Notes under the pieces: generated by a model | What the model saw: the letters and a program-made list of their open reading frames with translations, nothing else | What the model was told of the DNA's origin: nothing | Databases searched by the model: none | Position numbers and translations under genes: made by a program | In this document: positions 61,547-64,000 of the stretch, piece after piece | Layout: every line of letters begins with the position of its first letter | How positions within the stretch are numbered: the first letter of the stretch is position 1 | From: a virus | Length of the DNA: 64,000 bases | IMG/VR virus record: IMGVR_UViG_3300021171_000006 | Location: 27,354-91,353 of that record | Direction: 5' to 3' (one strand)

Positions 61547-62212
61547 ATGCCCGATCCGTTCGAGGGGGTCGAGTTCACCCCCGAGCAGAAGAACGAACTC
61601 CTTCTCCTGCGGCGTGGCTTCGCACTGTTGAACTCGGTGTCCGGCGACGTCGATGTGCGCCGCAAATTGCGCGCCGCCAACCCGACCGCCGGCATCTCCG
61701 TTCCCGAGGACGACATCGCCGAGCCGCTCTTGAAGCCGCTGCGCGAACGCCTCGACGCGATCCAGACCGACCACACCGAAACGCTGGCAAAGATCGACGA
61801 GAAAACGGCAGCCTTCGACAGCAAGGTCGCCGAATGGGAGCAGAAGCATAGGGACGCCGCCGATCTCGGTGACCTGCAGAAGAAGATCGCCGCAGCCGCG
61901 AAGCACTACCGGTTCACCGACGAAGGCACCACCGCGCTCATCGAGCACATGAAGACGACCGGCACCGCCGATCCGATGACCGCCGGCGCCTACCTCGTGC
62001 AGAACATGGAGCGCCCGGCCCCGGTGGCCGAGACCGGCCTCGCGCCCGAGCAAGCTCGCCGCAACGGCGCCCCCGACGTTGACCTGTTCAACATCTCGAC
62101 GGGCCAAGACGACGAGTCGATGAAGCTGCTCCACAGCGGACCCAAGGGCGCCGAAAAGTGGATGCAGACCGAGATCAACAAGATCATCGCCGAGGGGCAA
62201 GAAGCAGCCTGA
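61547..62212 (+). CDS. putative scaffolding protein
   Basis: acidic coiled coil upstream of the capsid gene. Confidence 0.6.
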   Translation: MPDPFEGVEFTPEQKNELLLLRRGFALLNSVSGDVDVRRKLRAANPTAGISVPEDDIAEPLLKPLRERLDAIQTDHTETLAKIDEKTAAFDSKVAEWEQKHRDAADLGDLQKKIAAAAKHYRFTDEGTTALIEHMKTTGTADPMTAGAYLVQNMERPAPVAETGLAPEQARRNGAPDVDLFNISTGQDDESMKLLHSGPKGAEKWMQTEINKIIAEGQEAA

Positions 62213-63141
62213 TGTCGCTCGGCCCCGCCCACAACCCCGAGTATACTCCCCGCTCAATCGGAGCGGCGGAGGCGGGTATGGCGCGCGGAGACACCTACGA
62301 GAAATTCTGTCCGGATTGCCGGAAGGTCTTCTACACAACGAACAACCGGGATGTGCGCTGTCCATCGTGCACCCCAGAGTGCGCGGTCAACGGCTGTACC
62401 AATCCATCGAGACCGCATTCGCGTGGTCTGTGCGGAGCGCACGCCTCGCGGCTGTGGAAACATGGAACACCGACCAGCAAGAGGCTGCGCAACTGGCAGA
62501 CCGGGCCGTGCTCGGCTGATGGTTGCGATGAGGCGGCTGTCAAACGCGGGTTCTGCGAACTCCACTATTCGCGAGTGAGGCGTACCGGATCGCCTGGGCC
62601 AGCGAAGAGCACAAAGAAGCCGCGCGGCGTCCCGTGTGAGGTCGCGGGATGCACGCGCATGACTCACGCGAACGGCCTGTGCAGCATGCACGGAAGCCGG
62701 CTGCGGTTCAGGAACGATCTTGGTCCGGCCGAGCCACTGATCGCGCCCGATGGCAGCGGCCACTTCACCAAGAAGGGCTACAAGATCATCCATGTCGATG
62801 GTCGGCGTATCCTTGAACATCGGTACGTGATGGAGCAGCACCTCGGGCGGCGACTGACCGCCGAAGAGACGGTGCACCACGTCCGCGACGAAATGGAAAA
62901 GCCGAACAACGACATCACCAATCTCGAACTCTGGTCGTCGCGCCATCCAAGCGGGCAGCGGGTTACCGACAAGGTGGCCTTCGCCGTCGAGATGGCAAAG
63001 CTGTATCCGGGGGAACTCGCCAAGCAGGGCTTTCGGTTGATGCCGCTCGAAAGCGCGGAATCCACTCAAACCCTCCTCGGTGAGCCGTCTTATCGCGACT
63101 TCGATCCGGCCGCCGTTATTAGGCGGTGGACGAACGCATAG
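62212..63141 (+). CDS. HNH homing endonuclease
   Basis: repeated C...GC......GLC..H motifs; LEHRYVMEQHLGRRL...E.VHH......N...NLELW. Confidence 0.9.
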   Translation: MSLGPAHNPEYTPRSIGAAEAGMARGDTYEKFCPDCRKVFYTTNNRDVRCPSCTPECAVNGCTNPSRPHSRGLCGAHASRLWKHGTPTSKRLRNWQTGPCSADGCDEAAVKRGFCELHYSRVRRTGSPGPAKSTKKPRGVPCEVAGCTRMTHANGLCSMHGSRLRFRNDLGPAEPLIAPDGSGHFTKKGYKIIHVDGRRILEHRYVMEQHLGRRLTAEETVHHVRDEMEKPNNDITNLELWSSRHPSGQRVTDKVAFAVEMAKLYPGELAKQGFRLMPLESAESTQTLLGEPSYRDFDPAAVIRRWTNA

Positions 63142-63157
63142 GTAGAGGGGCGACCTG

Positions 63158-64000
63158 ATGGCATTCCCAAGTACAATCGTCTCGCCCGTAAGTTCAGGAA
63201 TATTTCCTGGTGGGGTTATCGGGGCTCAACTAAGTGAAATGACGAGGCGTGCCGTAGTCCCTACAGTATTCGTCCAAATATATCAGTCTCACCCCCTCTT
63301 GTCATTACTTCTGTCGAACGCCACCCCGGCTCGCGGAGGCGCACCACAGGTGGTTATTCCTGCCCAGGGCGCTAGCTATGTTGCGTTTAATTGGGGCTCG
63401 TTTGCCGGCGACTTTCCAATGCCGAGTGACGAAGCGGCGATCGAGAACGCGCAGTTCAACCTCAAGCTGGGGATGGTCCCGATCGGGTTCTTCGGGATGG
63501 AAGCGATCATCCAGTCGAGCGAGGTGATCATCCCGAAACTGCGGGCGGTGACGAGCGATGCGGCGACGGTGATCCGGCAGGCGCTGGCGTCGTCGATCTA
63601 CACGAACAATTCGAACAACGGGCTGGCGCTGGACTCGCTGTACCAGGCGTATGACAGCGGGACGAACGCGCCGTCGTATGGCGGGATCCCGCGGGCTCAG
63701 GCGCTGTGGTGGCAGGGTCAGCTGCTGGCGGGGATCGGTGCTGTATCGAACCGGGCCGGGATGGCGACGACGTTGACCCGCGTCATGACGGGGGCGGCGG
63801 GCGAGGCGCCTGATTTCGCGGTGATGAACCCGGCGGACTGGGCGACGCTGTTGCAGGACTTCATGGCCTCCGAGCAGTACTACAACACGGCGAATTCGCG
63901 GTGGGGCCGTGACGACGTGGCGAATGCGGGTTTCCGGGCGATCCGGGTGCTCGACACGCCGGTCTTCGCCGATCCGTTCTGCCCGAGGGGCGAGGCCTAC
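63158..64000 (+). CDS. major capsid protein (3' truncated)
   Basis: manual translation MAFPSTIV...TRRAVVPTVFVQIYQSHPLL...SYGGIPR...NAGFRAIRVLDTPVFADPFCP (HK97-like C-terminal motif). Confidence 0.8.
   Translation, partial: MAFPSTIVSPVSSGIFPGGVIGAQLSEMTRRAVVPTVFVQIYQSHPLLSLLLSNATPARGGAPQVVIPAQGASYVAFNWGSFAGDFPMPSDEAAIENAQFNLKLGMVPIGFFGMEAIIQSSEVIIPKLRAVTSDAATVIRQALASSIYTNNSNNGLALDSLYQAYDSGTNAPSYGGIPRAQALWWQGQLLAGIGAVSNRAGMATTLTRVMTGAAGEAPDFAVMNPADWATLLQDFMASEQYYNTANSRWGRDDVANAGFRAIRVLDTPVFADPFCPRGEAY

Noticed and set aside
1-64000. CRISPR array, tRNA, rRNA, or reverse transcriptase/DGR
   Set aside because: No regularly spaced repeats, tRNA T-loop cloverleaf or RT motifs were seen by eye; a tRNAscan run would be needed to be certain.
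1-64000. Genome-wide stop-codon reassignment
   Set aside because: Only two internal stops were found (one TAG, one TGA), and core genes end normally on TAG, TGA and TAA.

Overview
The window is most of a GC-rich tailed-phage (Caudoviricetes) genome. Its host is very likely alphaproteobacterial, judged from GcrA-, GapR/DUF2312-, DnaA-C- and BTLCP-like genes. No host housekeeping block, rRNA, tRNA or CRISPR array is visible. Layout: tail/receptor-binding genes (0.5-8.6 kb, +); lysis and membrane/lipoprotein genes (8.6-15.5 kb, +); leftward early/recombination genes including a RecT-like gene (15.5-29.4 kb, -); rightward regulation, DNA modification and replication (29.5-39 kb, +); a leftward block with a serine resolvase (39-43.7 kb, -); accessory genes including an M16 peptidase, a J-domain protein and an M15 peptidase (44-53.5 kb); terminase and portal (53.5-59.3 kb, -), divergent from scaffold and major capsid (59.4-64 kb, +, truncated). 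Two signals stand out. (1) Six consecutive tail-region genes, including two tailspike-like proteins, all start with Sec-type signal peptides with predicted cleavage before Gln, and all have an even number of mostly locally spaced cysteines. This suggests a periplasm-exported, disulfide-folded receptor-binding module. (2) A family of 28-bp 11-6-11 dif-like sites flanks single small accessory genes in inverted orientation and supplies their stop codon and RBS, suggesting a recombinase-driven gene-cassette system. All family assignments come from motif recognition by eye; no searches were run.
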